Assembly: GCA_040772545.1 (NCBI GenBank)
Contig: JAXGXY010000001.1
Location: forward strand, 4,993-68,992
Source: Christensenellales bacterium
GTDB lineage: Bacteria; Bacillota; Clostridia; Christensenellales; UBA1431
Direction: 5' to 3'
DNA: 64,000 nt
The notes under the pieces are model-generated. The model saw nothing but the letters and a program-made list of their open reading frames with translations, ran no database searches and was not told the DNA's origin. The translations under genes were made by a program, and so were the position numbers. Of the stretch, positions 41,704 to 51,804 are shown in pieces (within the stretch, counting starts at the first letter, position 1; every line of letters starts with the position of its first letter).

Positions 41704-43314
41704 ATGAACGTGTTTGACCGTCTGGCGATGATCATCAACCCGGAGAAAGGGCTGCGCCGGCTCGCCGCGAGGAAGATTGTCCGGGTGATGAACACCGGCT
41801 ACGGCGACGGCGGCGCGTCGACGGCAAAAAAGTCCATGCGCGGGTGGACGGCGCGGAGCATCTCGCCGGAAGAGGACATCGACGCGAACCTGCACACTCT
41901 CCGCGGCAGGTGCCGGGACCTCGACATGAACGCCCCGCTGGGCAGGGCGGCGCTCAGGACCACCAGAACGAACGTGATCGGCTCCGGCCTGCGGCTGAAG
42001 TCCCGCATCGACGCGGCGTTCCTGGGCCTTACGGAAGAGGAAGCGGACGCGTGGGAGCAGAACACGGAACGCGAGTTCGACCTCTGGGCGCGGTCGCTCC
42101 ACTGCGACGCGCTGAAGATGAACAACTTCTACGAACTCCAGCAGATCGCGCAGCTCGGCTGGATCATGAACGGCGACGCGTTCGTCCTGCTCAAGTTTGG
42201 GGACGTAAAGCCGTACATGCCCTACGGACTGCGGTTGCACCTGATTGAGGGAGACAGGGTCTGCAACCCGAACGTTTATGGTTCGCCTGTTGCGAGCGGC
42301 GTACTTTCGGTGGAAACGCGGAACCCGGACAACGGCAACCTGATCGTATCGGGTGTGGAGATCGACGGCAGCGGAGCGGCCGTCGCGTACCACGTCGCGT
42401 CGAAGTACCCGTACTCGTACACGAGACTGGACACGCCGCTCACGTGGACGCGGGTGCCCGCCTTCGGGGAACGGACCGGGCGCCCGAACATCCTGCACCT
42501 GATGGACTGCGAGCGGGCAGAGCAGCGCCGGGGCGTCCCGATGCTGGCGCCGGTGGTAGAGCAGCTGAAACAGGTGAGCAGGTATTCGGAGGCCGAACTG
42601 ATGGCGGCGGTCGTGTCCTCGATGTTCACCGTGTTCATCAAGACGGCGTCGCCGGCGGAAATGCCGCTTGGCAGCGCGATCCCGGTGGAACAGCAGGTGG
42701 CCCCGGAAGACCCCGCGGCGTACGAGATGGGCAGCGGCGCGATCAACGTACTGGGCCCGGACGAATCGATCGAGGTAGCGAACCCGCAGAGACCGAACAC
42801 GGCGTTCGACGGGTTCGTCAACGCGCTCTGCCGGCAGATCGGCGCGGCGCTGGAGATACCGCAGGAACTCCTCCAGAAGAGCTTCCAGTCGAGCTACTCG
42901 GCGTCGAGGGCGGCGCTGCTCGAAGCCTGGAAGATGTTTCGGATGCGAAGGACGTGGTTCGCAAACGATTTCTGTCAGCCGGTCTACGAGGAATGGCTGG
43001 CGGAGGCGATAGCCCGAGGGCGGATAACCGCTCCCGGGTTTTTTGACGACGCGGCAAAACGGAGCGCGTGGTCCGCGGCGGAATGGAACGGGCCAGCCCC
43101 CGGACAGGTCGACCCGCTGAAGGAAGCCAACGCCGCGGTCGTGCGTATCAACAACGGTCTCAGCACGCGCGAGCGCGAGACGATGGAACTCACCGGCGGC
43201 GATTTTGACCGAAACGTCACGCAGCTGAAGCGCGAACAGCAAATCATGCAGGAGGTGCAAGGCGATGGGCAGCTTATCCCGGACAGACCCGAACCGTTTG
43301 ACCCGGACGAATAG
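41704..43314 (+). CDS. portal protein (lambda gpB family)
   Basis: 536 aa. Position and size fit, with conserved-looking blocks (RGVPMLAPV, SYSASRAALLEAW). Confidence 0.8.
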   Translation: MNVFDRLAMIINPEKGLRRLAARKIVRVMNTGYGDGGASTAKKSMRGWTARSISPEEDIDANLHTLRGRCRDLDMNAPLGRAALRTTRTNVIGSGLRLKSRIDAAFLGLTEEEADAWEQNTEREFDLWARSLHCDALKMNNFYELQQIAQLGWIMNGDAFVLLKFGDVKPYMPYGLRLHLIEGDRVCNPNVYGSPVASGVLSVETRNPDNGNLIVSGVEIDGSGAAVAYHVASKYPYSYTRLDTPLTWTRVPAFGERTGRPNILHLMDCERAEQRRGVPMLAPVVEQLKQVSRYSEAELMAAVVSSMFTVFIKTASPAEMPLGSAIPVEQQVAPEDPAAYEMGSGAINVLGPDESIEVANPQRPNTAFDGFVNALCRQIGAALEIPQELLQKSFQSSYSASRAALLEAWKMFRMRRTWFANDFCQPVYEEWLAEAIARGRITAPGFFDDAAKRSAWSAAEWNGPAPGQVDPLKEANAAVVRINNGLSTRERETMELTGGDFDRNVTQLKREQQIMQEVQGDGQLIPDRPEPFDPDE

Positions 43315-44392
43315 GTTCTGGGATTTCGTGGACGACGGCGGCGACGAAGCGGAACTGCTCCTTTACGGCGTTCTGGCCAGCGAAAAGACGTGGTGGAGCG
43401 GGGAAGACGCCGTCACCCCCCGACAGTTCCTCGACGAACTGAAGGGGCTGGGGGAGAAACGCCGGATCACGGTCCGGATAAACAGCAGCGGCGGAGACGT
43501 GTTCGCGGCCAGCGCCATCCACACGGCGCTCAGGGAGCATGCGGCCGAGATCGTCGTGAAGGTGGACGGGATCGCGGCCAGCGCGGCGACGGTCGTGGTG
43601 ATGGCCGGGGACAGGGTCATGATCCCCGCCAGCGCGTACATGATGATCCACAACCCCATGAGCGTTTTGCTCGGGATGTTCGGCGCCGCCGAGCTGAAGA
43701 AGATGGCGGGGGACCTTGACGTGATAAAGGACGGGATGATCAGCGCGTACGCGGCCAGGACAGGGAAGGACAGAAAGGCCATTTCAAAGCTCATGGACGC
43801 GGAAACGTGGCTGACGGGCGAAGAAGCGGTCCGTGAAGGTTTCGCGGACGAGACGATGTTCGGCGAACAGGCGCCGGCGGCGGTCCTGAACGGGAACATG
43901 CTGATCGTCAACTCAATCGCGCACGACCTCTCGCGCTACAAAAACAGGCCGGCGCTGCAGGCGGGGAACGAGCCGGCCGCGCCTGCCGCTGCGGATAAAG
44001 AGAAAAACACAGAGTCGGAGGTAGAAACGATGGAACTGAAAAATGCTGAGGACCTGAGGTCGCAGGCCCCGGCCGTCTACGACGAAGTTTTCAACGCGGG
44101 CGTGGCGGCGGAAAGAGCGAGGCTGAAGGCGATCGAGGAGCTGGAGGGCAGCATAGACGCGGACTTCTTCAAAAAGGCGAAATACGAGGACGGTATGACC
44201 GCGGAGAAGCTTGCCTTCAGCGCCATGAAAGAAGGCAGGACGGTCACCGCGGCGTATCTGGACAGCGTCGCAAAGGACGCGCAGAAGGCGAACGAGGTGC
44301 CGGGCGCCGCGGCGCCCGGCGCGGACGGCGAACTGGCGGCCGTGCAGGCCCACGTCAAAGAAGTAGCCGAGAAAGCGGCTAAAGGGAGGTAA
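43265..44392 (+). CDS. head maturation protease (ClpP/S49-like) fused to a scaffold-like C-terminus
   Basis: RINSSGGDVFAASAIHTAL...VDGIAASAATVVVMAGD...MMIHNP are the Ser protease blocks. The C-terminus is Ala/Glu-rich. The start is uncertain. Confidence 0.8.
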   Translation: MGSLSRTDPNRLTRTNRFWDFVDDGGDEAELLLYGVLASEKTWWSGEDAVTPRQFLDELKGLGEKRRITVRINSSGGDVFAASAIHTALREHAAEIVVKVDGIAASAATVVVMAGDRVMIPASAYMMIHNPMSVLLGMFGAAELKKMAGDLDVIKDGMISAYAARTGKDRKAISKLMDAETWLTGEEAVREGFADETMFGEQAPAAVLNGNMLIVNSIAHDLSRYKNRPALQAGNEPAAPAAADKEKNTESEVETMELKNAEDLRSQAPAVYDEVFNAGVAAERARLKAIEELEGSIDADFFKKAKYEDGMTAEKLAFSAMKEGRTVTAAYLDSVAKDAQKANEVPGAAAPGADGELAAVQAHVKEVAEKAAKGR

Positions 44393-44397
44393 CGACA

Positions 44398-44790
44398 GTG
44401 AGCGAGATTCTGAACTACGACAACCTGGTCGCGGGGGCTTTCCCCATCATTACCGACGCGGTCGTCCTCGGCGCGTCGCAGACCGTAGCGCGCGGGGACC
44501 TGCTCCGGCTCGCTATGACGCCGGCTGCCGACACGGGCGACGGCTCGGTCGCAGTGATCCCCGGCGAGAACTGGGTCAGGGCGGACGCCGCGGCGGACAT
44601 CTTTTCTGTTTACGCCATCGCGGCGGAGGCAAAAACGACGGGCGCGGCAGAGACCGCGACTATCCTCGTCTACAGGACAGGCGAGTTCAACGAGAACAGG
44701 GTGGGCCTGGGCGGCGAATCTACGCCGGACCAGAACAGGGACGTCCTTGCGTGTAAGGGCATCTTCCTGAAGAAATCGCAGAAAGCGTAG
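44398..44790 (+). CDS. head decoration protein (gpD-like)
   Basis: 130 aa with a GTG start, directly upstream of the major capsid gene as in lambda. Confidence 0.5.
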   Translation: MSEILNYDNLVAGAFPIITDAVVLGASQTVARGDLLRLAMTPAADTGDGSVAVIPGENWVRADAAADIFSVYAIAAEAKTTGAAETATILVYRTGEFNENRVGLGGESTPDQNRDVLACKGIFLKKSQKA

Positions 44791-44803
44791 GAGGTAGGGA
44801 AAC

Positions 44804-45865
44804 ATGGCAATCAGCATATTTGATCCGAGGGTGATGGATCAAATGGTCCGGGTGATGCCGTCCACGGGCGGTTTCTTCCGGGACACGTTTTTCAAGCGCC
44901 GCGTCCCCGTTACCGGTACGAAGATCGACGTGGACTTCTACAAGGGCAAACGGCGCATCGCGCCGTTCATCAACCCGAGGGGCGCGGGGAAATCCGTGGA
45001 GAAGATCGGTTACAAGACCGATACGTTCGAAACCCCGGTGCTCCGGCCCCTCGACATACTCACGATCGAGGACCTGTCGGTCAGGGCGCCCGGGGAGAAC
45101 GTCTACGGCGGGCTGACCCGGGAAGATAGGGCGATCCAGATCATGACCGATAAGCTCCTCGAGTTCAACGACCAGATCATCCGCCGTGAGGAGTGGATGT
45201 GCTCGCGGGCCATGCTCACGGGCAGGATCCCGGTGGTGGGCGAGGGCGTGAACTACGAGATCGATTTCTCCTTTACGAACACGGATGCCCTCGAGGGCGC
45301 GGCGCTCTGGAGCGCGGAGACGTCCAAGCCCCTCGACGACCTCGAAAGATGGATACTGGCCTGTAAGCAGAACGGGTACCGTACGCCCAACGTCTGCCTG
45401 ATGGCGCGCGATGCGTACAGCGCGTTCATTAACCACGCCAAAGTGCAGAAACTGCTCGACATCCTCAACATGAACCTCGCCGTGATCGAGCCCAGGATGC
45501 TCTCGGAGAACGTGACCTACGGCGGCACGATCCCCCAGTGGAACCTGTCGATCTACATCTACGACGAGTGGTTCCTTGACGACTGGACGGATCCGGCGAA
45601 TCCGGCCGAGGAACCGATCGTGCCTTCCGGCACGGTGCTGCTCGGGTCGACCAACATGCGGGCGGACATCTACTACGGCGAGATAACCATCGCGGATCCC
45701 GCGTCGGCTTCCGGGTTCAGGTCGGTAATCGGAGAAAAGGTTGCGGATTCGTGGATCGAGAAGAACCCGGACCGCAGGATGCTTTCGCTCGAGTCCAGGC
45801 CCCTGCCCGTGCCGCACGAAGTGGACAGCTGGTTCGTGGCCACCGTGCTCGACGAAGCGGCATAA
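44804..45865 (+). CDS. major capsid protein, gpE family
   Basis: 353 aa. The N-terminus MAISIFDPRVMDQMVRVMPSTGGFFRDTFF is typical of the phage capsid E family. Confidence 0.8.
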   Translation: MAISIFDPRVMDQMVRVMPSTGGFFRDTFFKRRVPVTGTKIDVDFYKGKRRIAPFINPRGAGKSVEKIGYKTDTFETPVLRPLDILTIEDLSVRAPGENVYGGLTREDRAIQIMTDKLLEFNDQIIRREEWMCSRAMLTGRIPVVGEGVNYEIDFSFTNTDALEGAALWSAETSKPLDDLERWILACKQNGYRTPNVCLMARDAYSAFINHAKVQKLLDILNMNLAVIEPRMLSENVTYGGTIPQWNLSIYIYDEWFLDDWTDPANPAEEPIVPSGTVLLGSTNMRADIYYGEITIADPASASGFRSVIGEKVADSWIEKNPDRRMLSLESRPLPVPHEVDSWFVATVLDEAA

Positions 45866-45881
45866 CGACGAGATCAGGTGA

Positions 45882-45905
45882 AAGGCGGCTTACGGGAGCC
45901 GCCTT
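45882..45905 (+). terminator. hairpin after the capsid gene (attenuator or stabiliser)
   Basis: 8-bp stem AAGGCGGC/GCCGCCTT with an 8-nt loop and no T tract. Confidence 0.35.
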
Positions 45906-45929
45906 CCGGCTGTCAGGGGGTGTGAAGCG

Positions 45930-46256
45930 TTGGGGTTCAAGGACACTGTCAGGAGGGACGCGGCCGGCGTTTTCTTTAACGAAAACGAGTTCGCCGGGCG
46001 CAACAGCGGCGACCCGCACACCTGGGACGGCGAAGAGATCCCTGCGGTGCTGGATTCCAACGTCGTGCGCACGAGCAACAGTACGGAGTACCCGGCGTTC
46101 CCGTCGGGCACTCTGACGGTTTACGTGCCTGTAGGCGCGATCCCGAGGCCGAAAGAGGGCACGCCGCACCGGTTCGACGGCGCGCTGTTCACTGTCTGGG
46201 ACGTGCGGGAAGACATGGGCGTGTATGTGATCACACTGATTGCGGGGAGCCCGTGA
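45930..46256 (+). CDS. hypothetical head-tail connector-region protein
   Basis: 108-aa ORF with a TTG start, assigned by position only. Confidence 0.4.
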   Translation: MGFKDTVRRDAAGVFFNENEFAGRNSGDPHTWDGEEIPAVLDSNVVRTSNSTEYPAFPSGTLTVYVPVGAIPRPKEGTPHRFDGALFTVWDVREDMGVYVITLIAGSP

Positions 46257-46831
46257 TGCTGAACGTGGACATAAGGCTGGACCCCGGGTTCCAGAAGAGC
46301 ATGAAGAAGTTCATGACGAAGAAGCAGTACGAGAGCGCAATCAAACGGTCGGTGTCGCGGGCCGTGTCCTCGGCGTACACGGCGGGGAACCGGGCCATCA
46401 CGTCGCAGTACAGGATCAAAATGGGGGACGTGCGCAGCCTGTCCGAGAAACAGCCGCAGAAAGGGCTTATCCGTTACGGCGGCGGTGTGAAAGGCAGGAT
46501 GCTCACGACCACGCACTTTCGTGTGTCGCCGAAGGGCGCGACGAGCCAGAAAGGCGTGCCGGTGTCCCGCAGGCGCAGGTACACGCTGACCATCAGGAAC
46601 AAGAAACCGACGCGCTGGTTCATGCTGCCGGGACGGCCGGCGGGCATGCTCTGGGAGCGCACCGGACGCGGGCCGAAGGCCGTGCGCCCCGTCAAGGCGG
46701 TGTCCATCGCGCAGATGGCCAACAAGAAGGTACAGCAGACGGTACAGAAAACGATGCAGACCGAGTACGATAAGCGGTTCCGGCACGAGGTCGAGCAGAT
46801 CATCAAGCGCGCAGGAGGCAAACTGAAATGA
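46253..46831 (+). CDS. minor tail protein Z-like head-tail joining protein
   Basis: 192 aa. It occupies the lambda Z position, and the N-terminal pattern (KKQYESAIKRSVSRAV...) is reminiscent of the GPZ family. Confidence 0.45.
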   Translation: MMLNVDIRLDPGFQKSMKKFMTKKQYESAIKRSVSRAVSSAYTAGNRAITSQYRIKMGDVRSLSEKQPQKGLIRYGGGVKGRMLTTTHFRVSPKGATSQKGVPVSRRRRYTLTIRNKKPTRWFMLPGRPAGMLWERTGRGPKAVRPVKAVSIAQMANKKVQQTVQKTMQTEYDKRFRHEVEQIIKRAGGKLK

Positions 46832-47382
46832 CCCCGTACATGATCCTGAACCGGATCAGGGAGTACATCGAAGAGAAGCTGGAAGAACACAACTACAGGC
46901 TCCGGGCGACGCCGCCAAATGACGCGCAGGACCAGGAAGGCGCGGCCCCGCAGCCTGACGCGGACCGGTATACTGTTCCGGGGGTGTACGTAGGCGGGCT
47001 CCCGCACAGCAATTTCATGGCGGACCTGCCCGGCCAGTTCTTTCGCGCGCCGTACGTCCTCGTGGGTATGGAGGAGGCGGAGGAAGACTACGACGGCGGG
47101 GTCGTCGGGATCCTCGTCCAGGTCTGCGCATATTCGGAAATCGATTACGACAACAGCAGCGTACCCGACTACCAGGCGTTCCTGGACGCGCTCAACCTGC
47201 TGCAGTTCCTTAAAGACAAGCTCATCATGCAGTGGACGCTTGAGGGAACGGCATGGAAGAAACCGATTCGCATGGGGATGTACACGTCGCAGGCCATGAC
47301 CTGGCCGTTCGCGTTCGGGTACCTCGCCTTCGACGCGGAGCTTGTCAGCGAGGCTCCGAGCAATATTCTGTTTAAGGAGTGA
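46828..47382 (+). CDS. hypothetical neck/tail-completion protein
   Basis: 184-aa ORF translationally coupled on both sides. Confidence 0.4.
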   Translation: MTPYMILNRIREYIEEKLEEHNYRLRATPPNDAQDQEGAAPQPDADRYTVPGVYVGGLPHSNFMADLPGQFFRAPYVLVGMEEAEEDYDGGVVGILVQVCAYSEIDYDNSSVPDYQAFLDALNLLQFLKDKLIMQWTLEGTAWKKPIRMGMYTSQAMTWPFAFGYLAFDAELVSEAPSNILFKE

Positions 47383-48824
47383 TTGCCTTGTTAAGAGGCG
47401 TAACAGCTGTAAAGACTCCCAGCGTGCCGCTGCCGGTGGACACCAGCGCGATCGTGCCCTGTTACATCGGGATGGCGCCGTACTGGCAGACAGGTGCGGA
47501 CTGGGACAAAAAAGCCGGGCAGTCGTTTGCCTGCAGCAGCTTTGAAGAATTCAAAGCGCTACTGGGGTACTATGAGCCGGCTTCGGGGGCCTGGCCGATG
47601 TTCGCGTCGCTGTGCGAAGCGGCCGCGGCGCATTTCAGGTACGCAAGAGAACCGGTGGGGCCGATCATCTGTATCGTCAACGCGCTTGCGCTGGATACTG
47701 CGGCGGCCGACGCGGCGACGCTGACTTTCTCGGGCGGTACAGCGACGGTGAACGTGGCCGGTCTTGCCGTACTGAGCACGGCTGAAATTACCGGTAAGGT
47801 TCCGGGTACGGACTACACCGTGGCTTACGACGAAACCGGGCAGAAGCTGGTGTTCACCGACCTGACCGGGGCGATGGAGTCCGAGACCGCGACGTACGAC
47901 GTGGTCGTCATCCCGGACCCGCTGACGATGGCGGAAACGACGCTGGACGCGCTGGACACGATGGAACAGGATATCCGGCGGCATCCGGCGGTGATCGCGG
48001 CGCCCGGATGGGAAGCAGCGGGGATCGGGGACGGCACGGTGGGCGCGCGGCTGCAGGCCGTAGCAAACGGCAGGATCGGCGGGCACTGGTACGTGCAGGC
48101 GTACATACAGCTGGCTTCGGCTGCGTACTCGGGCGTTGCCCCGGACAAGACCTCGGCGGGGTACACGAGCGCCCAGGTGCGCGCGTGCTGGCCGTACGCG
48201 AGCAAAGGCGGGTTCGTCTACTCGCTGGTGACCGTGCTGCTTGCGGTGAAGATGCGCACCGACATCGCGCGCGGGGACATCCCCTACGAAAGCCCGAGTA
48301 ACAAGGACGCCGGGATCGATTACCCGTGCGCAGCCGACGGAACGAAGATCAAGCTGACCGAGACGCAGGCGGACGCGCTGAACGCCGTCGGCGTGACCAC
48401 GCTCAAGTGGGTGGCGGGCGCCTGGCGCACGTGGGGCAACCGCATGGCCAACTACTCCGAAGCGGGGGCCGCGGACATACCGCCCGAGGAGTACAACGAC
48501 GTGACCGTGCAGATGCTCGACTTCATCTGCAACGATTTCCAGGAACGCAACATCGAGCTGATAGACGCGCCGATGTCCGTGCGCACGGCCCGGGCGATCG
48601 TCGACGATTACCAGGTCATCCTGAACGGGTACAACGCGATCGAGGCGAGCCTGTACGGGCAGATATACCTCGACCCGACCGAGAACACGACGCGCCAGCT
48701 GATCGCCGGCGACCTGACGTACGGCATAAAGGTAACGCCGACGCCGCCGGTCAACAGCATCAGCGGCGAGGTCCAGTACACGGCGGAAGGCTTCGCCGCA
48801 TTCGGGCAGGGGGGTGAAGAATAA
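47379..48824 (+). CDS. tail sheath protein (contractile tail)
   Basis: 481 aa, followed by a ~175-aa tube-sized gene, a chaperone with a frameshift and the tape measure. The call rests on order and size. Confidence 0.55.
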   Translation: MIALLRGVTAVKTPSVPLPVDTSAIVPCYIGMAPYWQTGADWDKKAGQSFACSSFEEFKALLGYYEPASGAWPMFASLCEAAAAHFRYAREPVGPIICIVNALALDTAAADAATLTFSGGTATVNVAGLAVLSTAEITGKVPGTDYTVAYDETGQKLVFTDLTGAMESETATYDVVVIPDPLTMAETTLDALDTMEQDIRRHPAVIAAPGWEAAGIGDGTVGARLQAVANGRIGGHWYVQAYIQLASAAYSGVAPDKTSAGYTSAQVRACWPYASKGGFVYSLVTVLLAVKMRTDIARGDIPYESPSNKDAGIDYPCAADGTKIKLTETQADALNAVGVTTLKWVAGAWRTWGNRMANYSEAGAADIPPEEYNDVTVQMLDFICNDFQERNIELIDAPMSVRTARAIVDDYQVILNGYNAIEASLYGQIYLDPTENTTRQLIAGDLTYGIKVTPTPPVNSISGEVQYTAEGFAAFGQGGEE

Positions 48825-49354
48825 TGGCGCGCACTATCGCGAGTAAGACCGTGGACATGTCGGTCGACGTGAAGTACAAGGGCAAGTACGAGATGCTCGA
48901 AGACGTGACGGCGTTCAGGCTCCCCGGCGTGGAGTACGGCGAAGGCGAGATCACCGGCGCCGGCCTTGCAGGGGCGTTCAACAAGCCTGATGTGTTCAAC
49001 ATCGGGCCGCTTGAGGCGTCCATCACATCAAGGTCATTGCAGGGCAGGTACGCTTCCGTGTTCGCCGCCGACGGCGTGCAGTTCCGCATCACGTGGGCGG
49101 TCGACAAGATCTCGACGACGAGCGCGGGGGCGTACGACACGTACATGGCCATCGTAAAAGGCCAGGCGTCAAAACTCCCGGAGATCGAAGTGAAGAAAGG
49201 CGAGCAAATGGAACTGGAGACGTCGATAGCCGCGTGGTACTACAAGCTGACAAGGAACGGCACGACGCTTTTCGAGTTTGACGTGCTGAACCAGGTTGTG
49301 GTGATCAACGGCGTGAACTACTCGGCCAAACTGAAAGCCGCTATGGGGAAGTAA
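48824..49354 (+). CDS. tail tube protein
   Basis: 176 aa, between the sheath and chaperone genes. Confidence 0.55.
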   Translation: MARTIASKTVDMSVDVKYKGKYEMLEDVTAFRLPGVEYGEGEITGAGLAGAFNKPDVFNIGPLEASITSRSLQGRYASVFAADGVQFRITWAVDKISTTSAGAYDTYMAIVKGQASKLPEIEVKKGEQMELETSIAAWYYKLTRNGTTLFEFDVLNQVVVINGVNYSAKLKAAMGK

Positions 49355-49363
49355 GGAGGAATC

Positions 49364-49702
49364 ATGGAAAAACTCAGGCTCATGAAGCCGTTCATGTATA
49401 ACGGCGAAAAGCTAACGGAGATCGAGTACGACCTCGAGTCGGTGACGCCTGCGCAGTACAAGGCGATCATCAAACGGCTTCAGAGAAAGGGGCATGCGGT
49501 GAACGTGCCCGAACTGGACGGAAGCGTTCAGCAGGAGTATTTCGCGGCGGCGACCGCGCTGCAGATACCCGCGACGGAGCTTAACAACCTGCACATCAGG
49601 GATTACATGCGGATGGAGCAGCTGGTCCGCGCTTTTTTCTTGACCGATTCGGACGGGGAGACGGAGACGGAGGAAACAGAGACGGAGGATACCTCCGGAT
49701 AA
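49364..49702 (+). CDS. tail assembly chaperone (short, G/E-like product)
   Basis: 112 aa with an acidic tail (ETETEETETED), immediately upstream of the tape measure gene. Confidence 0.65.
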   Translation: MEKLRLMKPFMYNGEKLTEIEYDLESVTPAQYKAIIKRLQRKGHAVNVPELDGSVQQEYFAAATALQIPATELNNLHIRDYMRMEQLVRAFFLTDSDGETETEETETEDTSG

Positions 49703-49884
49703 TCGAGCGGATCTGCGTACAGATCACGATGGACACGTCGACAAGCTACCCGGAGACGCAGGCAATGACGATCGGGGCGCTTCTTGATTTCTGGGACGTG
49801 CTCGTGGAAGTCACCAATATCCGGAGAGACATGCAGGAAAAGGAACTCGAAAGGCTTAGAAAGGAAAGCAGGAAGGGGGTCTGA
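49633..49884 (+). other. -1 programmed frameshift site (T TTT TTC) and extension frame giving the long chaperone (GT/E+E'-like)
   Basis: The heptamer at 49633-49639 is in X XXY YYZ register with the chaperone frame. The -1 frame is open from 49585 to TGA 49882-49884, which ends 3 nt before the tape measure GTG. Confidence 0.65.
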
Positions 49885-49887
49885 CCT

Positions 49888-51606
49888 GTGGCCAAAACGC
49901 TGGAAACACTGCTCAAGCTTAAAGGCAAGGTCGACCCCTCGCTGCAGCGCGCGCTGAAGCAGGCCAACAGCAAAACGGTGAGAGAGGCGCAGAAGACGTC
50001 GCGGAAGGTACAGTCGACGTTTGCCGGCATGGCGAAGAAAGCCGCTGCGTACATAGGGGCGGCGTTCGCTGTGCGTTCTATGGTCGATTTCGGGAAAGCG
50101 TCGATAGAGGCGGCACAGGACGAGGTCCTGGCTCAGACCAAATTGGCCGAGGTCATGCGTCAGCGCATGGGCGCGACCGAAGACCAGACCCAAAAAATAC
50201 TTGATTTGGCTTCCGCACAACAGAAACTGGGCGTCATCGGCGATGAGGTCCAGGTTGCAGGGGGGCAGCAGCTGGCCACCTTCCTGAACCAGACGTCTTC
50301 CCTTGAAAGCCTCATACCGGCCATGAACAACCTGGCTGCGCAGCAGAAGGGCGTTAACGCGACGCAGGAGGACATGGTCAATATAGCCAACCTTATGGGC
50401 AAGGCGATGCACGGGCAGACGGGCGCCCTGCGGCGCGTCGGGATCGTGTTTTCGGAGGCGGAGGAAGAGGTCCTCAAATACGGGAACGAGACCGAGCGCG
50501 CGGCAACGCTTGCGCAGGTGGTCACCAACAACGTCGGGAACATGAACGAGGAGCTGGCGAAGACCGACTTTGGTAAGTTCACACAGGCCAAAAACATTGT
50601 CAGCGACTTGCAGGAAACCGTCGGTAAACAGCTGATGCCTATCGTAGGGAATATTGCACAGAAGTTCCTGCCGCTTATCGAAAAAGGGTTTGTCTGGATA
50701 GGTTCCCTTATCGAAAAGCTTTCGCCGCTGCTCGGGAAACTTGCGGACCTGATCATGCCCGTTCTGGATACCCTCGGACAGCTCCTCGCAGAGGTCATTG
50801 AACCGCTTATCGAGCCTCTGACGGAGATCGCTGAAGCGATACTCCCCGTCCTCAGCACGGTCCTGGGCGCGATCATGGACGCCGTGAAACCCCTGCTCAA
50901 GGCGGGAATGAAGATCATCAACAGGCTCCTGCCCCCGCTTCTCAAACTGCTTGAGCCGCTGAACGACATCCTGCGGCTGGTGGGCGAGGCGGTCGGATGG
51001 GTGGCGGAGATGATCGGCGGGGTGCTTACGGAGGCGCTTAACGCTATCATGCCGGTCATAGAGCCGCTCCTCGACGGCCTCAGAGGCGTGATAGATTTCC
51101 TGGTAGGCGTGTTCGCGCTCGACTGGGAGAGGGCCTGGGAAGGCATCAAGGCCATTTTCGAGGGCATCTGGAACTCGCTGATCGGGATAGTCAGAGGCGT
51201 CATCAACGCGATCATCGGCATCCTCAACGCCATGGTGGAAGCGTACAACGTAACGATCGGGGAAGTCGGTGGGGTGCTCGGTATCAACATCAAGATCACG
51301 CCGATAGGGTATCTTGCCGAAGGTGCGACGGTGACCCGGCCGGCGCTGGCCGTGATCGGCGAAGCGGGGGCCGAGACCGTGGTACCGCACAATAACAAGC
51401 CGCGCTCGAGGATGCTCCTGCGCGAGGCGGCCGCCGGAGTGGGCATGGCTCTTGGCGGCAATACGTTCGTTTACCAGCCGAGGATCACGCTCCCCCCCGG
51501 CGCGGACAAAAAGGACTTCCAGCAGGTGCTGGACGACGATTTCGAGCGCTTCAAAAAGTGGATGGACCGGTACGCCGAAGAAGAAGGGAGGCTGGCGTTC
51601 GCATGA
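49888..51606 (+). CDS. tail tape measure protein
   Basis: 572 aa, Ala/Leu/Gly-rich and helical with repeated LxPL/IxPL blocks. The position is canonical. Confidence 0.8.
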   Translation: MAKTLETLLKLKGKVDPSLQRALKQANSKTVREAQKTSRKVQSTFAGMAKKAAAYIGAAFAVRSMVDFGKASIEAAQDEVLAQTKLAEVMRQRMGATEDQTQKILDLASAQQKLGVIGDEVQVAGGQQLATFLNQTSSLESLIPAMNNLAAQQKGVNATQEDMVNIANLMGKAMHGQTGALRRVGIVFSEAEEEVLKYGNETERAATLAQVVTNNVGNMNEELAKTDFGKFTQAKNIVSDLQETVGKQLMPIVGNIAQKFLPLIEKGFVWIGSLIEKLSPLLGKLADLIMPVLDTLGQLLAEVIEPLIEPLTEIAEAILPVLSTVLGAIMDAVKPLLKAGMKIINRLLPPLLKLLEPLNDILRLVGEAVGWVAEMIGGVLTEALNAIMPVIEPLLDGLRGVIDFLVGVFALDWERAWEGIKAIFEGIWNSLIGIVRGVINAIIGILNAMVEAYNVTIGEVGGVLGINIKITPIGYLAEGATVTRPALAVIGEAGAETVVPHNNKPRSRMLLREAAAGVGMALGGNTFVYQPRITLPPGADKKDFQQVLDDDFERFKKWMDRYAEEEGRLAFA

Positions 51607-51803
51607 CCGGATACATCGCGCAGATGGGCGATACGTGGGACCTGCTCTCTCTCGCGTTCTACGGGAGCGAGAAGCATGTGCTCCCGTTGATGCTGGCGAA
51701 CCCGGCCTACTCTGACACCGTGGTGTTCGAAGGCGGGGAAGTGCTGGCGGTCCCTGAGATCGAAACGGAGACGCCGGCCACGCTCCCGCCGTGGAGGCGC
51801 TGA
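51603..51803 (+). CDS. LysM-like tail protein X / XkdP-like
   Basis: MTGYIAQMGDTWDLLSLAFYGSE...VLAVPE is a LysM-type fold signature. ATGA overlap with the tape measure stop. Confidence 0.6.
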   Translation: MTGYIAQMGDTWDLLSLAFYGSEKHVLPLMLANPAYSDTVVFEGGEVLAVPEIETETPATLPPWRR

Positions 51804-51804
51804 C

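Noticed and set aside
41536-43260. 574-aa minus-strand ORF
   Set aside because: It is antisense to the portal gene and is a low-complexity Arg/Pro/His-rich translation.
49655-49695. Tandem GAGACGGAG-like DNA repeats
   Set aside because: They simply encode the acidic ETETEETETED tail of the chaperone and are not an independent repeat element.
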